Positions 62,558 to 64,000 of a stretch of 64,000 bases of DNA are shown piece by piece (position 1 is the first letter of the stretch; each line of letters starts with the position of its first letter). The DNA comes from Oceanispirochaeta sp. (GTDB taxonomy: Bacteria; Spirochaetota; Spirochaetia; DSM-2461). The DNA is taken from positions 1,056,001 to 1,120,000 of the forward strand of contig CAXXXD010000004.1 of assembly GCA_963663385.2 (NCBI GenBank), written 5' to 3'. Below the pieces are notes generated by a model that saw only the letters and a program-made list of their open reading frames with translations, searched no databases and was not told where the DNA came from. A program made the position numbers and the translations under genes.

Positions 62558-63817
62558 CTATGGCATGGCCAGCGCTGTCGGTAAATCCTGCCAGCGGGTG
62601 GTGTAGCAGGGGGAGAGGTTTTCTCTTTTCATCTGCCAGCTGCTGTTCTGCCGTTTGGGCTGGCAGTGGATGGTTTGACGGCCGTAGCGGCTGTTTATTT
62701 TGTCGACCGCCTCCATAACCGCCGTATACCTGGTGTCGGTTTGATAGAACAGGTCCAGCTGCTGCCGTCCTGCTGCCTCTATCTCTGTCAGAAATACGGT
62801 GATTTTCTTGTAGCGGAACCCCGGACGGAAAAGCTGTTCCAGTTGGCGGCGTACAATCCCCACTATCCGGGGAGGGTAATCTACCGGATGGGAGAGCTCT
62901 TCTGTTACGCCCCGGGCGTACTGACGGTCTCCCTGCCGGAAGGGGTTGGTGGTAATCGAGGTATGGATGACCCGGCAGGCGGACTTCTGGTTTCTCATCT
63001 TCTCTGCCGCCTGTGAGGCGTAATCCGCTCCGGCTTCCAGAATATCCTCCAGCTCGGTGACTGGTTTGCCGAAACTGCGGGATGAGATGATTCCCTTTTT
63101 GGGCGGCGGTACGTCTTCCATAGAGAAGGACGGCTTTCCGTTAAGCTCCCAGAGGGTCTTCAGTCCCACCAGGGTCATATGTTTTTTTACCCAGCTTTCC
63201 GGGCAGCCCTGCAGATCCGCCGCTGTGTGAATCCCATTGCTGTGAAGCATTCTGCCGTACTGGCGTCCCACGCCCCATATGTCGAAGACATCCGTCTCCG
63301 ACAGCAGCCGGTCCCACTCCTTACGGGTGGGCAGACAGACTCCGTCCTGTCTTTTTTTTCCGCAGGACCCGGCTATTTTGGCCAGGGTTTTCGTTGCCCC
63401 GATTCCTACGGAAACCGGTACCCCGACCCATTTCTCCACAGTCCTTGTAATCTCGCCTGCCTGGATTTGAAGCTCCTCCCGACTGCCTTTCAGGTGTAGA
63501 AAGGCCTCATCTATGGAGTAGACTTCCAGCCGGGGGGTAAAAGTCTGCAGGATATCCATAATTCTCCGGGAAAGGTCATCGTAAAGGGCGTAGTTGGAGG
63601 AGAAGATTTCCGCCCCCGCCTCCTCCAGGCGGTTTCTGACCTTGAACAGGGGGGCGCCACGGGGGATATCCAGTTCTTTTGCCTCCCTGCTCATGGCAAC
63701 AATACAGCCGTCGTTATTGGACAGAACAACAACAGGCCTGTTCCTCAGATCCGGGCGGAACACCTTTTCGCAGGAGGCGTAGAAACTGTTGCAGTCTACC
63801 AGCGCTGTTGCCGTCAC
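62558..63817 (-). CDS. umuC: Y-family DNA polymerase, UmuC type
   Basis: VDCNSFYASCE, SNNDGC, YSIDE, LSPCYTTRW; GTG start overlaps the umuD stop (GTGA). Confidence 0.93.
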   Translation of the reverse strand: MTATALVDCNSFYASCEKVFRPDLRNRPVVVLSNNDGCIVAMSREAKELDIPRGAPLFKVRNRLEEAGAEIFSSNYALYDDLSRRIMDILQTFTPRLEVYSIDEAFLHLKGSREELQIQAGEITRTVEKWVGVPVSVGIGATKTLAKIAGSCGKKRQDGVCLPTRKEWDRLLSETDVFDIWGVGRQYGRMLHSNGIHTAADLQGCPESWVKKHMTLVGLKTLWELNGKPSFSMEDVPPPKKGIISSRSFGKPVTELEDILEAGADYASQAAEKMRNQKSACRVIHTSITTNPFRQGDRQYARGVTEELSHPVDYPPRIVGIVRRQLEQLFRPGFRYKKITVFLTEIEAAGRQQLDLFYQTDTRYTAVMEAVDKINSRYGRQTIHCQPKRQNSSWQMKRENLSPCYTTRWQDLPTALAMP

Positions 63818-64000
63818 GGCAGGCAGTGGTGGATGACATGGGTCACCACGCCCCATACCTGAAAATCCATATCCAGTTCTATCCGTATCGGTTCGTAGGC
63901 GGGGTTGCCGGGATAGAGCCAGTATCGGCCTTCCTTAAAGACAAGCTTTTTGACGGTAAACTCCCCGTACAGGATGGCGACCACGATGCTTCCTTTGCCC
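63814..64000 (-). CDS. umuD: UmuD/LexA-like S24 peptidase, 3' part (5' end beyond right edge)
   Basis: Hand translation GSIVVAILYGEFTVKKL...PGNPAYEPI...VWGVVTHVIH; TGA at 63816-63814. Confidence 0.88.
   Translation of the reverse strand, partial: GKGSIVVAILYGEFTVKKLVFKEGRYWLYPGNPAYEPIRIELDMDFQVWGVVTHVIHHCLP

Overview
Bacterial chromosomal window of about 50% GC by eye. Gene content suggests a free-living anaerobic spirochaete (Spirochaetales-like), but this is an inference. No rRNA, tRNA, CRISPR array, integrase or transposase is recognisable. Contents in order: (1) two radical-SAM genes (a B12-binding type cut by the left edge, and an SPL-like one), rluA and a LysM protein; (2) a GTAG-type REP palindrome followed by a ~4.9-copy, 99-bp, hairpin-rich tandem array that re-copies the 3' end of a secreted-protein gene; (3) clpS-clpA-aat; (4) an orphan N6-adenine DNA methyltransferase, yihY, a GNAT and an aldo-keto reductase; (5) a membrane RsbW-like kinase and a UDG-like/dGTPase-like pair; (6) a hexuronate locus (fadR-uxaB-uxaA-uxaC-eda-kdgK) in which eda-kdgK is duplicated 7764 bp apart, with mosaic identity, around an AT-rich SDR-TRAP-aldolase-GntR cassette and a decayed uxaC remnant; (7) a divergent module of a membrane-sensor AraC, a TRAP transporter, an esterase and two UroD/MtaA-like genes, a candidate for methylated sugar-acid use; (8) a ugd-GH2-glycosyltransferase-metallophosphoesterase run; (9) oxidative-stress genes (katG, rubredoxin/rubrerythrin); (10) asd, an acyl-CoA synthetase, STAS/REC signalling genes, an Acr3/SBF transporter and umuDC at the right edge.
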